In this document: in pieces, positions 26,858 to 36,738 of the stretch
Layout of the letters: every line of letters begins with the position of its first letter
How positions within the stretch are numbered: the stretch's first letter is position 1
Source of the DNA: Polyangiaceae bacterium
GTDB lineage: Bacteria; Myxococcota_A; Polyangia; Polyangiales; Polyangiaceae
DNA length: 51,848 nucleotides
Direction: 5' to 3'
Assembly: GCA_035485095.1 (NCBI GenBank)
Contig: DATHOI010000386.1
Coordinates: 1-51,848 of the forward strand
The notes under the pieces: generated by a model
The model's input: the letters and a program-made list of their open reading frames with translations, nothing else
What the model was told of the DNA's origin: nothing
The model's database searches: none
Translations under genes and position numbers: made by a program

Positions 26858-29800
26858 GCTGTTGCCTCTTTCGGTTGCGACGCGCCTGCCGCGTGCGCCC
26901 GTTCGCCTTTTTGATCGGCCTCCGCGATATCCCGGTCACGCCGACCCTTGTCAGGCTGCTTCTTACGCAACACCGCATACGCGCAAGGCACCACGAACAG
27001 GGTTACGAAAGTCGCACACAGCAGGCCACCGATCACGGCGCGACCGAGCGGCGCATTCTGTTCTCCGCCCTCCCCCAGACCCAACGCCATGGGCAACATG
27101 CCGATGACCATGGCCAGCGCGGTCATCAGCACCGGTCGCAGACGCACGCGGCCAGCAGCAAAAGCAGCCTGCTCGGGCGTCACCTCCTCGTGTTCCATGC
27201 GCCGGTCATTGGCGAAATTGACCAGCAGAATGCTGTTCGATACCGCGATCCCAACGGCCATGATCGCCCCCATCAGCGACTCGACGTTGAGCGTGGTGCG
27301 CGTGGCGGTCAGCATCCACAGAATGCCGCTCATCGCACCGGGTACGGCGATCATGATGATCAGCGGATCGAGCCAAGATTGAAACAGCACGACCATCAGC
27401 AAGTACACGAGCGAAATCGCGATCAGGAGTCCGAGCCCGAGGCTCTTGAACGAGCTATACATGGTCTCACTTTGGCCACGCAGGTGAACGCTCACGCCCT
27501 TCGGCAGCCGTTTGATTGCGTCGATGGCACTCTGAATGTTGCGCGCCACGGAGCCTAAATCGCGGCCTTCCACGTTGCACTGCACGTCCAGCACCGGCTG
27601 CACCGTGTAGTGATTGATCACCCCGCGATCGACGGTCGGGCGCGCCGTCGAGATGCCGCCCAAGTAAGGCGAGCTCGCGTTGTCGATGCGCACCGGTTGC
27701 GGCGCAGCCGGCGCGATATCGCTAGTCGACATGTCGTTCAACGACGGATCCGCGAGTGGATTCGCCGCGCTCGGCGTCACCGGTGTGCCCATCACCTCGG
27801 CCAGATCGGTGATGCGCGAGAGCGGCGTCTCTACGACCACCGAATAGTTCACGTTGTTGCTCGGATTCACCCAAAAGCTCGGCGAGACGAGCGAGCTCGA
27901 GCCGAGTGAGGTGAGCAAGCTGCTGGCGACGTCTCGCTCACTGAGGCCGAGCTCGGCCGCGCGCTCGCGATCTACGTCCACGAGCAATGAAGGGTGATTT
28001 AGCACCTGGGCGATGCGCACGTCCTCGGCGCCCGGGATCCGACTGATGGCGCTCCGCAGTTTGCGTGCAATGCCGAGCGCGGCTTCGGCATTCGTGCCTT
28101 CGATTTGCACGTCGACCGGCGCAGACTCGCCGAAGTTCAGCACTTGACTGACGATGTCGGCCGCCTGGAAATAACCGAACGAGCTCGGAAATTCCTGGCG
28201 CAATGCGTCGCGGATCCGAGCTTGGTAGATGCGTGTCGCCGTGTGGCTCTTGGTCAACGCCACTAGGATCTCGGCGTCCGCGTCGTTGACGTTGTCCGTC
28301 GGAACGAAGCCCAAATTGTACGAGATGGGCACGCCGATGTTGTCGTTCAGCGTCTCCAGCTCCTTTTCTGGGATCACTTCGCGAATGCGGTGCTCGACCT
28401 TGTCGACCAAGCGCTCGGTTTCCTCGAGCCGCGTGCCCGATGGTGCACGGAAGTGCAAGCGCATGATGCCGGCGTCCACACTGGGGAAAAAATCCAAGCC
28501 GACCACCAGCACGAGCAAACTGCTTACGACCACGAACGCGCCCGCCATGGCGAGCACGAACTTTCGGTGTGTCAGCACGACAGCGAGCGCTCCAGCGTAG
28601 GCGTGCTCGAGCCGCTCGAACTGTTTGCGACGGAAGCGATCGATTTTCTCGAACCGTGAGGACTTTTCGGGTTCCTTTTCTGGCGCTGCGTTGGCCTGTG
28701 CCTGCGATTGCTCGTCTGCGTGCGCTTTTCCGCCCTGCGACGGTTGGGCATCCTGTGCCGGCCCCGGCTCGACTCGGTCTTTACCCAAAATCAGGTGAGA
28801 CAACGTGGGGACCAACGTGCGCGAGAGCAGGTACGACGCCAGCATCGAGAACACCACCGCGAGCGCGAGCGGGATAAACAAATATTTGGCGGCGCCCACC
28901 AAAAACACCACGGGGAAAAAGACGATGCAGATGGTGAGCGTGGCGGCCAACGCCGGCGTCGCAATTTGCCGAGCACCGTCCAAAATCGCGACCGTCAGCT
29001 CTTTACCCTGCGAGCGGTTGCGGTTGATGTTCTCGATCTCCACGATCGCGTCGTCGACCAGCATGCCAATCGCCAATGCCATACCACCGAGCGTCATCAG
29101 ATTGAGTGTTTGCCCGCTCAGCTTTAGGCCGATAACGCCGACCAAAATGGCGAGCGGAATCGACAAACACACGATCACGGTACTACGCCAACTACCCACG
29201 AAGGCGAGGACCATGAGCGCGACCAAGGCCGACGCAATCAAGGCCTCACGGAACACTCCGGTCACGGCTCCGCGCACGAACGTGGATTGATCGAAGTCGA
29301 GTTTCAGCTCGGTACCTTCGGGCGCCGACGCGCGCAGCATGGGCAGCAGGTCTTTCGTAGCGTCGACCACCGCCAACGTCGAGGCGTCCTCTTTCTTGAG
29401 AATGGCGAGGTACGTGGCGCGCTCACCATTGACGCGAACGATATTCTGCTGAATCGCGAAGCCGTCGTACACGTTGGCGACGTCGCCCAGAAATACCGTT
29501 GCTCCGTTGACGACCTTGATCGGCAAGCGATTGAATTCCGTCGTGCTACCCGGGCTGCCATTGAGGAGCACGTCGTAATCGAGCCGCCCGATCCGCGCCG
29601 AGCCCGCTGGCAAGATCACGTTCTGATTCAGCACTGCATTGACCACGTCCTGCGGCGCCAGGCCCTCGGCGGCCACGCGCGAGGGATCGATATCGACCGT
29701 CACTTGCCGTTGCCGTCCGCCGTAGGGCGCAGGCGTGGAGAGACCCGGGATCGTAAATAGACGTAGCCTGAGGAAGTTCAGCCCATAGTCGAAGAGCTGC

Positions 29801-30255
29801 TGCTCGCTCTGCCCCTTTCCGGACACGGTCAATTGGGCGACTGGCACGTTGGAGGCGTTGAAACGCAGCAACACCGGAGGTTGCGTGCCCGGCGGCATGA
29901 TGCGGGTCGCGGACAACGACGCAGCACTGATCTGCGCGATCGCACCGCCGATGTCGGCGCTGGGCTCGAAATAGACTTTGATCACACTCGTGCTGTTGAT
30001 CGACTGCGATTCGACCTTCGTGATACCGGCCACCGAGGTCGAAATGCCGCGCTCACTGACGAAGGTGATGCGGCGTTCCATGTCTTCGGCCGACAGCCCC
30101 GGGTAATTCCAAACCACGACCACGACTGGAATGTTGATTGACGGGAAGATGTCGACGTCCATCCCGAGGATGGAGAGAATGCCCATCAGCAGAATTGCCA
30201 GACAGAACGTCGCCACGGTGTATGGGCGGCGCAGAGCCAGGCGAACTATCCACAT
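26854..30255 (-). CDS. RND efflux transporter permease (AcrB/AcrD/AcrF family)
   Basis: MWIVRLALRRPYT, GMLVDDAIVEIEN, RLRPVLMT and PLGRAVIGG. Confidence 0.93.
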   Translation of the reverse strand: MWIVRLALRRPYTVATFCLAILLMGILSILGMDVDIFPSINIPVVVVVWNYPGLSAEDMERRITFVSERGISTSVAGITKVESQSINSTSVIKVYFEPSADIGGAIAQISAASLSATRIMPPGTQPPVLLRFNASNVPVAQLTVSGKGQSEQQLFDYGLNFLRLRLFTIPGLSTPAPYGGRQRQVTVDIDPSRVAAEGLAPQDVVNAVLNQNVILPAGSARIGRLDYDVLLNGSPGSTTEFNRLPIKVVNGATVFLGDVANVYDGFAIQQNIVRVNGERATYLAILKKEDASTLAVVDATKDLLPMLRASAPEGTELKLDFDQSTFVRGAVTGVFREALIASALVALMVLAFVGSWRSTVIVCLSIPLAILVGVIGLKLSGQTLNLMTLGGMALAIGMLVDDAIVEIENINRNRSQGKELTVAILDGARQIATPALAATLTICIVFFPVVFLVGAAKYLFIPLALAVVFSMLASYLLSRTLVPTLSHLILGKDRVEPGPAQDAQPSQGGKAHADEQSQAQANAAPEKEPEKSSRFEKIDRFRRKQFERLEHAYAGALAVVLTHRKFVLAMAGAFVVVSSLLVLVVGLDFFPSVDAGIMRLHFRAPSGTRLEETERLVDKVEHRIREVIPEKELETLNDNIGVPISYNLGFVPTDNVNDADAEILVALTKSHTATRIYQARIRDALRQEFPSSFGYFQAADIVSQVLNFGESAPVDVQIEGTNAEAALGIARKLRSAISRIPGAEDVRIAQVLNHPSLLVDVDRERAAELGLSERDVASSLLTSLGSSSLVSPSFWVNPSNNVNYSVVVETPLSRITDLAEVMGTPVTPSAANPLADPSLNDMSTSDIAPAAPQPVRIDNASSPYLGGISTARPTVDRGVINHYTVQPVLDVQCNVEGRDLGSVARNIQSAIDAIKRLPKGVSVHLRGQSETMYSSFKSLGLGLLIAISLVYLLMVVLFQSWLDPLIIMIAVPGAMSGILWMLTATRTTLNVESLMGAIMAVGIAVSNSILLVNFANDRRMEHEEVTPEQAAFAAGRVRLRPVLMTALAMVIGMLPMALGLGEGGEQNAPLGRAVIGGLLCATFVTLFVVPCAYAVLRKKQPDKGRRDRDIAEADQKGERAHAAGASQPKEATA

Positions 30256-30269
30256 CGCGCGTCGTTAGG

Positions 30270-30285
30270 TTCAAGTCTCGTGCCA
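30270..30285 (-). promoter_or_regulatory. Sigma-54-like promoter with a variant -12 (TTGA)
   Basis: TGGCACGAGACTTGAA directly upstream of the RND start. Confidence 0.4.
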
Positions 30286-30414
30286 TGAGCGCGATTCCGC
30301 CTCACGCTAGTACTGAGGCGGAAATGGCGCGACTGCGTCGGCGATCGAGCTCGGGAATGCTCGTTGCAAGGACCATCGCGCTCGGTAAGCGAGCCAAAGT
30401 AGAGGAATAAGATC

Positions 30415-30873
30415 ATGTCAATCAGCGCAAGCTCGCACGTCGCTCACTCCGACGTTCGAATCGAGAGTCATTCGTCCGCGACTCGTTACTTGGTGCCCGT
30501 CGGGCGCCTGCTGTTCGCTGCCATCTTCTTGATGTCAGTGCCCATGCACTTTGCGCAATCGACGTACGATCACGCAGCGCAGCAGGGCGTTCCGCTCGCC
30601 AATGTGCTCGTCCCGCTCTCGGGTGTGCTCGAGCTATTCGGCGCTCTGAGCTTGCTGCTCGGCTACCGGGCGCGCATTGGTGCGGTGCTCCTGGCTTTGT
30701 TTTTGGTGCCGGTCACCCTGGCAATTCACAAGTTCTGGGGAATCGCCGATCCGATGCAAGCCCAGATGCAGCAGATCCATTTCATGAAGAACGTTGCCTT
30801 GCTCGGCGCGACGTTGCTGATGATGTACTTTGGCGCCGGCCCGATCAGTTTGGATGAGCGCGCGGGGCGCTGA
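30415..30873 (+). CDS. DoxX family membrane protein
   Basis: GRLLFAAIFL, LELFGALSLLLG, HKFW, FMKNVALLG and GAGPISLD. Confidence 0.9.
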   Translation: MSISASSHVAHSDVRIESHSSATRYLVPVGRLLFAAIFLMSVPMHFAQSTYDHAAQQGVPLANVLVPLSGVLELFGALSLLLGYRARIGAVLLALFLVPVTLAIHKFWGIADPMQAQMQQIHFMKNVALLGATLLMMYFGAGPISLDERAGR

Positions 30874-30921
30874 AACATGCTGTCGCAAACGCGTGAAGGC
30901 AGCATCACATCCGAACTGCCG

Positions 30922-30989
30922 GTGTGACGCCGAGGCGCGCCACGAAGAGGCAGACTGTCACGATGACGCCGAGCGACCCGGCGTCACAC
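30922..30989. repeat. Inverted and direct repeats between convergent genes (possible terminator or stabiliser)
   Basis: GTGTGACGCCG (30922-30932) is complementary to CGGCGTCACAC (30979-30989). TGACGCCGAG is repeated at 30925 and 30964. Confidence 0.5.
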
Positions 30990-30992
30990 TCC

Positions 30993-32153
30993 TCAGAGTG
31001 ATGCGCTGCCGAGCAATTCGCGCAGCGGCACGCCCGCGTTGCGATCGGTATCTGGCGGCAAGCGAGCGATCTCGCGCAGGGTCGGGGCGAGGTCCGCTAG
31101 GCGCCGCGCGCTCGGCGCAGCCACGAAGCCGCGTGCGTCGAGCGCGCTGCCCGAAGCGACGAGCCAGACCCGCGCCGACTCGGGGTAGGCCTCACCGTGG
31201 TTCACGAAGCTGTCTGCCCGACCGTGGTCCGCGGTGATGAACAGCGCGGTGCGCGTGCCTTGCGCGGCCAAACGCTGCAACTCGTGGTCGACTTCCGCGA
31301 TTCGAGCGTCCGCGCGACGCAGCGAGTCCAGGTAGCCGGCATAGTCGTTCATGTGCCCGAATTCGTCGGGCTCCCCCAACCCCAAAAACAAGAAGCGCGG
31401 CGCGTACGTTCTCAAATAGTGAACGCCGAGTTGTGCGGTGAGCGCGTCCGCGCGAAACTCGGCGTCACCGAGACCGTGCGGCGCGCTCTCGCCGAGCGCC
31501 AGAAGCCTTGCGCCTTCCGCGTCCCGCGCGAAGAGCTCGCGATGTGCGCCAGCGCGTCGCCCGCTCGAAATTATGGCGTTGCACGCGCCCTGGCTCGTCA
31601 CCTTTGCGATCTCACTCCAAGAGGTGATCGCCGCCACGTCGGCGCGATCCCAGCTCGAGCCGGCCGTCAGCTCCTCGAGAATGGTGTGAGTTGCCACACC
31701 AGCGCACTGGTTGTTTGCGCAACCGGTGACTCTTCGCCCACTCAAGAGCTCAGCGTAGCCCGGCAATGACAGAAAGTTCGGACCCGACGCGCTGATTGGC
31801 GCGCCGTGACCAGGAGCGCCCAAGGCCGCACCGTGCGAGTCGATGATCGCATACAAGTTCGGCAGCAGCTCCCGCGCCGAAACCACTGCATTCGGCGGCA
31901 AATCGTGGGCGGCGGCGAGCTTTGGGTCGACGCCCTCGAACACCTCGTGCCAGCGCACGCCGTCGAGGGTCACGATCACGATCGCGACGGGTTGCTCGGC
32001 TCGTCCGGCAGCAAAGGGCAGCTTGTCCGTGCGCGTCTTCGGTGCCAGAGCGATACAGCTGGTGACAGTGAACGCCGCGCACGCGAGTGCCAGACGTTGC
32101 AACTGTCGACCGATACGGGGCCCGCCCGTATCGGCTTCGAGTTTGCTTTTCAC
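30993..32153 (-). CDS. Alkaline-phosphatase-superfamily (metalloenzyme/phosphodiesterase) lipoprotein
   Basis: VIVTLDGVRW, SLPGYAELLSG, GEPDEFGH, ITADHGR and possible lipobox VTSC. The GTG 32153 start is inferred. Confidence 0.8.
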   Translation of the reverse strand: MKSKLEADTGGPRIGRQLQRLALACAAFTVTSCIALAPKTRTDKLPFAAGRAEQPVAIVIVTLDGVRWHEVFEGVDPKLAAAHDLPPNAVVSARELLPNLYAIIDSHGAALGAPGHGAPISASGPNFLSLPGYAELLSGRRVTGCANNQCAGVATHTILEELTAGSSWDRADVAAITSWSEIAKVTSQGACNAIISSGRRAGAHRELFARDAEGARLLALGESAPHGLGDAEFRADALTAQLGVHYLRTYAPRFLFLGLGEPDEFGHMNDYAGYLDSLRRADARIAEVDHELQRLAAQGTRTALFITADHGRADSFVNHGEAYPESARVWLVASGSALDARGFVAAPSARRLADLAPTLREIARLPPDTDRNAGVPLRELLGSASL

Positions 32154-32345
32154 GAGTGTTGAGTATGGCTTGAGCGCATGGCACCGCTGGAGCAAGTCGG
32201 TGACAGGCGTGGAAAGTCTTCGCCAGCGCCGCGCGCCGGCAGATGTTCCTCGGCAGCGCTTCGCAACGGCCACAGCGAGGAATTCCGCTACGTCATTCAC
32301 ACCTCATCGGGTTGCAAAAACCCTGCCCCAGTCGGACCCAGGCAC

Positions 32346-32361
32346 TGGCACGCGCTTCGCA
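32346..32361 (+). promoter_or_regulatory. Sigma-54 promoter
   Basis: TGGCACGCGCTTCGCA (GG-N10-GC), ending about 48 nt before ATG 32409. Confidence 0.55.
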
Positions 32362-32408
32362 ATCCCCGCCAGAAACCAGCGATTCGAAGGCTAGAAAGTC
32401 GAGGAACA

Positions 32409-33527
32409 ATGAGCAAACCGGCGCGGGCAGAAAAGAAGATTCGGTATGCCGTGGTGGGCTTGGGGAACATCGCGCAAATGGCCGTATTGCCGGCGTTCGA
32501 GCACGCCACCGAGAACTCGGAGCTCGTGGCGCTCGTCTCGTCCGACGCGGAGAAACTGCGCGTGCTCGCCGACCGCTACAAAGTGAGCATTACCGGCACG
32601 TACGACGATCTCGATCGCCTGCTGCGAAGCGGCGAGATCGACGCTATTTACGTGGCTACGCCCAACACTCTCCATCGCAACGCGGTCGAACGCGCCGCGC
32701 GCGCGGGGGTCCACGTGCTGTGCGAGAAACCGCTGGCCGCCACTGTCGCCGACTGCCGCGCCATGATGCATGCCGCAGCCGATGCGCACATCAAGCTCAT
32801 GACGGCTTATCGCCTGCACTTCGAACAGACCAACTTGAGGGCCGTCGAGCGCGTCCGAGCTGGGGAAATCGGCGAGCCGCGCATCTTCAGCTCGGTGTTC
32901 AGCCAGCAGGTGCGCGAAGGCGACATCCGCACTCGCGCCGAGCTCGGAGGCGGGGCGCTGTTCGACATGGGCATCTACTGCGTCAACGCGGCGCGCTACT
33001 TGTTTCAAGCCGAGCCCTTCGAGGTGATCGCGCTCGGGGTACGCGGAGCCGACCCGCGCTTCAGCCAGGTGGACGAGATGACCTCGGCGATCCTGCGCTT
33101 TCCAGGCGACCGCGTGGCCCAGTTCATCTCCAGCCAGGGCGCTGCAGACGTGTCCGAATTTCGCATCGTCGGCACGAAGGGCGATATTCGGCTCGACCCC
33201 GCGTACAGTTATCACGGCAAAATCCGAGAGTTTTTCACGATCGACGGGGACACGGAGGAGACCACGACGCCGATGTGCGATCAGTTCGCGCCCGAGCTCG
33301 TGCACTTCTCGCAGTCCATCCTCGAAGATCACGATCCGGAGCCCACTGGCGAAGAAGGACTTGCCGACGTGCGTATCTTGGAAGCAATCGTGGAATCGGC
33401 CGCCCTTGGTCGACGCATCACCCTGAGCCCGTTCGAGCGCAGCCAACGCCCCTCCGGCAACCTCCAGATGCGCAAGCCACCCGTCGGCGAGGTAGAACCG
33501 GTGAACGTGCCCCCGTCGGCCAAGTAG
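32409..33527 (+). CDS. Gfo/Idh/MocA oxidoreductase (glucose-fructose oxidoreductase-like)
   Basis: IRYAVVGLGNIAQ, HVLCEKP, AYRLHFE and GGGALFDMGIYC; GAGGA RBS. Confidence 0.9.
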   Translation: MSKPARAEKKIRYAVVGLGNIAQMAVLPAFEHATENSELVALVSSDAEKLRVLADRYKVSITGTYDDLDRLLRSGEIDAIYVATPNTLHRNAVERAARAGVHVLCEKPLAATVADCRAMMHAAADAHIKLMTAYRLHFEQTNLRAVERVRAGEIGEPRIFSSVFSQQVREGDIRTRAELGGGALFDMGIYCVNAARYLFQAEPFEVIALGVRGADPRFSQVDEMTSAILRFPGDRVAQFISSQGAADVSEFRIVGTKGDIRLDPAYSYHGKIREFFTIDGDTEETTTPMCDQFAPELVHFSQSILEDHDPEPTGEEGLADVRILEAIVESAALGRRITLSPFERSQRPSGNLQMRKPPVGEVEPVNVPPSAK

Positions 33528-33579
33528 TGACAAAGCGCGTACTGGTCTGGCAGGCCAGCACGCGCGTTCGAGCCTCGGT

Positions 33580-33831
33580 TCAGGCCGCCTTTTTCCGGCT
33601 GGCGATACCTGTTCTTCTGGCGCCTTTGTTCACGCCGCGTCGCTTCGGAACCTTTGCGCCCGCGGCACGGGCCTGCGACAGCCCGATCGCGATGGCTTGT
33701 TTTCGGCTCGTTACCCGCTTCTTCGAGCGACCGGAGCGGAGCGTCCCGGTCGCTCGCTCGTGCATTGCGCGCTCGACTTTCTTCCCAGCGGCTGAAGCGT
33801 ATTTCCTGTGGCCTGACTTTTTGGCTGCCAT
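33580..33831 (-). CDS. Small basic protein (DUF6496-like)
   Basis: KVERAMHE...GTLRSGRS..VTSRKQAIAIGLSQAR..GAKVP; GAGGAG RBS. Confidence 0.8.
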   Translation of the reverse strand: MAAKKSGHRKYASAAGKKVERAMHERATGTLRSGRSKKRVTSRKQAIAIGLSQARAAGAKVPKRRGVNKGARRTGIASRKKAA

Positions 33832-33845
33832 TTGCTACTCCTCGG

Positions 33846-34073
33846 TTACGTCGCTTGCGGTGTGGCTGGCTGTGCTCCAGCTGGCAGGTCGAGCTTGGGA
33901 GTCGCGACGTTGGAAATACGCCAGAAGGAGTACGCGACACCAACCAGCAGCAGCACCGCCAGCAGCCAGAGCACTCTCGTGAAGGGCGGCATGTGGCGCA
34001 TTGGAATCTTCGGCTCGGGCAGGCGGGGCGAGTGCGCTGGGTCAGCGAAGGGACGCTGTTCACGAATACTCAT
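33846..34073 (-). CDS. Small single-pass membrane protein
   Basis: AAGGAG RBS before ATG 34073, one TM segment (VLWLLAVLLLVGVAYSFW) and a sigma-54-like promoter upstream. Confidence 0.6.
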   Translation of the reverse strand: MSIREQRPFADPAHSPRLPEPKIPMRHMPPFTRVLWLLAVLLLVGVAYSFWRISNVATPKLDLPAGAQPATPQAT

Positions 34074-34098
34074 GGGACTTCTCCTTGTCCCACAACCA

Positions 34099-34114
34099 AG
34101 CAATCGACATGCCT
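34099..34114 (-). promoter_or_regulatory. Sigma-54 promoter
   Basis: AGGCATGTCGATTGCT (GG-N10-GC with TTGC). Confidence 0.55.
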
Positions 34115-34214
34115 GCAACGAAGTCCGCGCAAGCAGCAGTGGCAGGCTGTCACAACGAATGCAGGACCGCCACGGCGCACTAACCTCTAGGGCAGCCCAA
34201 TTTGCGGCGAGTTT

Positions 34215-35546
34215 GTGCGGCATGCCCGGTGCATCGGCGCGCGCGTGTCGAGACTTCCGAGGCGCATCGTCGCCTGCGTTGCATTCACGATCGTATCGTG
34301 GTGCGTCTCTGCCTTCGCAACGGACGCGCTCAACTCGAACAATCGCCCAAATGAGGAGTCTCAATCGATCACCGAGCAACCCGACGCGCGCGACGCGAAC
34401 GACGCCGTGGCGCACACCGATTTCAACCTCGTCCCGGTCGTCGGTGGCAGCACGGATCTCGGCTTGGGTGGCGGCTACTTCGCCGGCTTGGCCCGACACA
34501 GAAAAGGCGTCGACCCGTTCTTGTGGAACATCGATTCCTCCGCGCTGATCACCTTCAAATACAACTCGTCGGGCGGCTTTACCGTGCCCTACCAAGACAT
34601 TTATGCGCGGCTGACCATCCCGCGCTTGTTCGGCGCACCGCTACGAATGGAAGTCAGGCCGTCTTACACATGGGAGAGCATCAACTACTACGGCCTCGGG
34701 GACGCTTCTTCGACGCTCGCGCCCGAAAACTCACCGCGCGACTATTTCAGCTATCAACGCGGGCATCCTCAATTCGATCTCGATTTGCGCGGCAAGATCA
34801 GCGACCACTTGGCGGGCCGCGTCGGCTTTCGCTACATCCAAAATACCATCAAGGTGGCCGCGGATTCCAAGCTGGCAGAGGACCAACGCGCCGGGAGCGC
34901 TGAGGTCAAACGCCTGATCGGCCCGCTGCGCTCGCACGCAGTCGCGCAGTTCAAGTACGGGTTACAATGGGACACGCGCGACAACGAGACCACCTCTCAC
35001 TCTGGCTCCTTCGACGCGCTAGACCTGAAGTTGAGCCCGGGCGGGACCTATGAATTTCCGTATCGCTATGGCGAAGCGACCCTGAGCCTGCGTGGCTTCA
35101 TCCCGCTCGCCAAACCGGCGCTCACGCTCGCGGTGCGCGCGGTGGGGGATTGGATGTTCGGCAACGTGCCCTTTTACGAGCTCGCGCGCTTCGACGACAC
35201 GTTCGCGATTGGCGGCACCAACGGCGTGCGCGGCGTGCCGGCGCAACGCTACTATGGCAAGCTGAAGGCGTTCGGCAACGTCGAGCTGCGCGCGGAGCTG
35301 TTCACGTTTCACACGCTGGGAAAGGCGGTCCTTCTTGCGCTCGTGCCCTTCTTCGACGCGGGTCGACTGTGGGCCGATAGCAACGCACAGCCAGCGCTCG
35401 ATGGTCGCGGTGTCGGACTGAAGTATGGAACTGGAGCGGGCGTGCGGCTCCAGTCGGGGTCGGCGTTCGTGATTCGCGCAGACCTCGCCTGGTCGCCCGA
35501 CGCGACCCCGATCAGCGGCTATTTCTCTGCGGGCCAAATGTTCTGA
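34215..35546 (+). CDS. Omp85 (BamA/TamA)-family outer-membrane barrel without apparent POTRA domains (start uncertain)
   Basis: WDTRD, VPFYEL, GVRG..RYYG, FFDAGRLW, G.GVRL and C-terminal FSAGQMF. Confidence 0.8.
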   Translation: MRHARCIGARVSRLPRRIVACVAFTIVSWCVSAFATDALNSNNRPNEESQSITEQPDARDANDAVAHTDFNLVPVVGGSTDLGLGGGYFAGLARHRKGVDPFLWNIDSSALITFKYNSSGGFTVPYQDIYARLTIPRLFGAPLRMEVRPSYTWESINYYGLGDASSTLAPENSPRDYFSYQRGHPQFDLDLRGKISDHLAGRVGFRYIQNTIKVAADSKLAEDQRAGSAEVKRLIGPLRSHAVAQFKYGLQWDTRDNETTSHSGSFDALDLKLSPGGTYEFPYRYGEATLSLRGFIPLAKPALTLAVRAVGDWMFGNVPFYELARFDDTFAIGGTNGVRGVPAQRYYGKLKAFGNVELRAELFTFHTLGKAVLLALVPFFDAGRLWADSNAQPALDGRGVGLKYGTGAGVRLQSGSAFVIRADLAWSPDATPISGYFSAGQMF

Positions 35547-35645
35547 ACGTCGCTACGCTGTGGACGAACGACGCGCCTCGCCGTGGCGAATTGACACGCG
35601 CAGTGAGCATGAGCAGCACGGCGCGGAACTTGAAAGGAGCTGCAC

Positions 35646-36683
35646 ATGCCAGAGCGAGCGGGGCAAAACGAGCCCAGGATCCGAGCAGCATTGAGCCTAG
35701 GCTTTTGTATCTGCGCCTCGGTTGCGGCGTGTACAGCGCACCCGGACCCGGTTACCCACACGCCGGCCGCAAGCATTCAAGCGCCAGCCGCGATAGCCGC
35801 CCCCCTAGCCATGGTGATGACCGCCGACGGCGGCCCGAACACCGCCCCGGCGCTCGGCACACCCACGGACCCGGCAGACCCCGGCACGGCCTTCGATCCT
35901 CCGGCAGAGTTGCACTTGCCGAGCACGCTCGGAATCGGCGAGCGCGTGCCGCTCTTGCTGGTGCTGCACGGCTTTGGCGTGTCGAGCTCACTGCTGATCG
36001 CCAAGGCTTCACTCAATCAGCTAGCGGACACGAAAAAGTTTGCCTACCTTGCGCCGGAAGGCGCGCGGGATTCGCAGGGGCGCCCGTTTTGGAACGCCGG
36101 CCCGAGCTGCTGCGATCTGGAGCACCGCGCACCGGACGACCTGAAGCGCCTGCGCGAATTACTCGATTTTAGCCTGAAGAGCAGTGCTATCGACCGAAAG
36201 CGCGTGTTCCTGATCGGTTACTCGAACGGCGCCTTCATGGCGCAACGCTTGGCGTGCGAGGCGAGCGAGCACTTGGCGGGCGTGATCAGCGTGGCGGGCG
36301 CGGCGCCCGGCCCCGAGGTGCCGTGCAACCCAACCACACCGCTCAGCTTCCTCGAGATCCACGGCGACGCGGATCCAGTCGTGCACTACGACGGCGGCGT
36401 CGTGTTCGATCGTACGGATCTGCCCGCGCACCCATCGGCGCGGAGCACCGTAAACGTCTGGGCGCAGCACCTCGGCTGCTCGGGCGATCTGCACCCGGTT
36501 GGCAGCATCGATCTCGAGCCCTACCTGGCAGGCAACGAAACCGAGGTGCAGCGCTTCGACGGCTGTCGCGGCAGCGTGGAGCTTTGGACGGTTCGCGGCG
36601 GCGGGCACTACGTCGCGTTGCAACCCCCTGCCCTCGACGCCCTCTGGAAATTCGTGCAAGCACACCCGAAGGGCGGCGCCTGA
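35646..36683 (+). CDS. PHB-depolymerase/LpqC-like alpha/beta-hydrolase (esterase) lipoprotein
   Basis: Lipobox VAAC, LVLHG, WNAG..CC, nucleophile GYSNG, IHGDADPVV and GGGH. Confidence 0.85.
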   Translation: MPERAGQNEPRIRAALSLGFCICASVAACTAHPDPVTHTPAASIQAPAAIAAPLAMVMTADGGPNTAPALGTPTDPADPGTAFDPPAELHLPSTLGIGERVPLLLVLHGFGVSSSLLIAKASLNQLADTKKFAYLAPEGARDSQGRPFWNAGPSCCDLEHRAPDDLKRLRELLDFSLKSSAIDRKRVFLIGYSNGAFMAQRLACEASEHLAGVISVAGAAPGPEVPCNPTTPLSFLEIHGDADPVVHYDGGVVFDRTDLPAHPSARSTVNVWAQHLGCSGDLHPVGSIDLEPYLAGNETEVQRFDGCRGSVELWTVRGGGHYVALQPPALDALWKFVQAHPKGGA

Positions 36684-36738
36684 GCGGGCTCGGTTGTTGA
36701 CCAAGGCCGCGTCTTCGTGTGTCGTTCTGCACGAGACC

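Noticed and set aside
32243-33982. 579-aa ORF
   Set aside because: Off-frame, Arg-rich overlap of gfo and antisense to two better-supported small genes.
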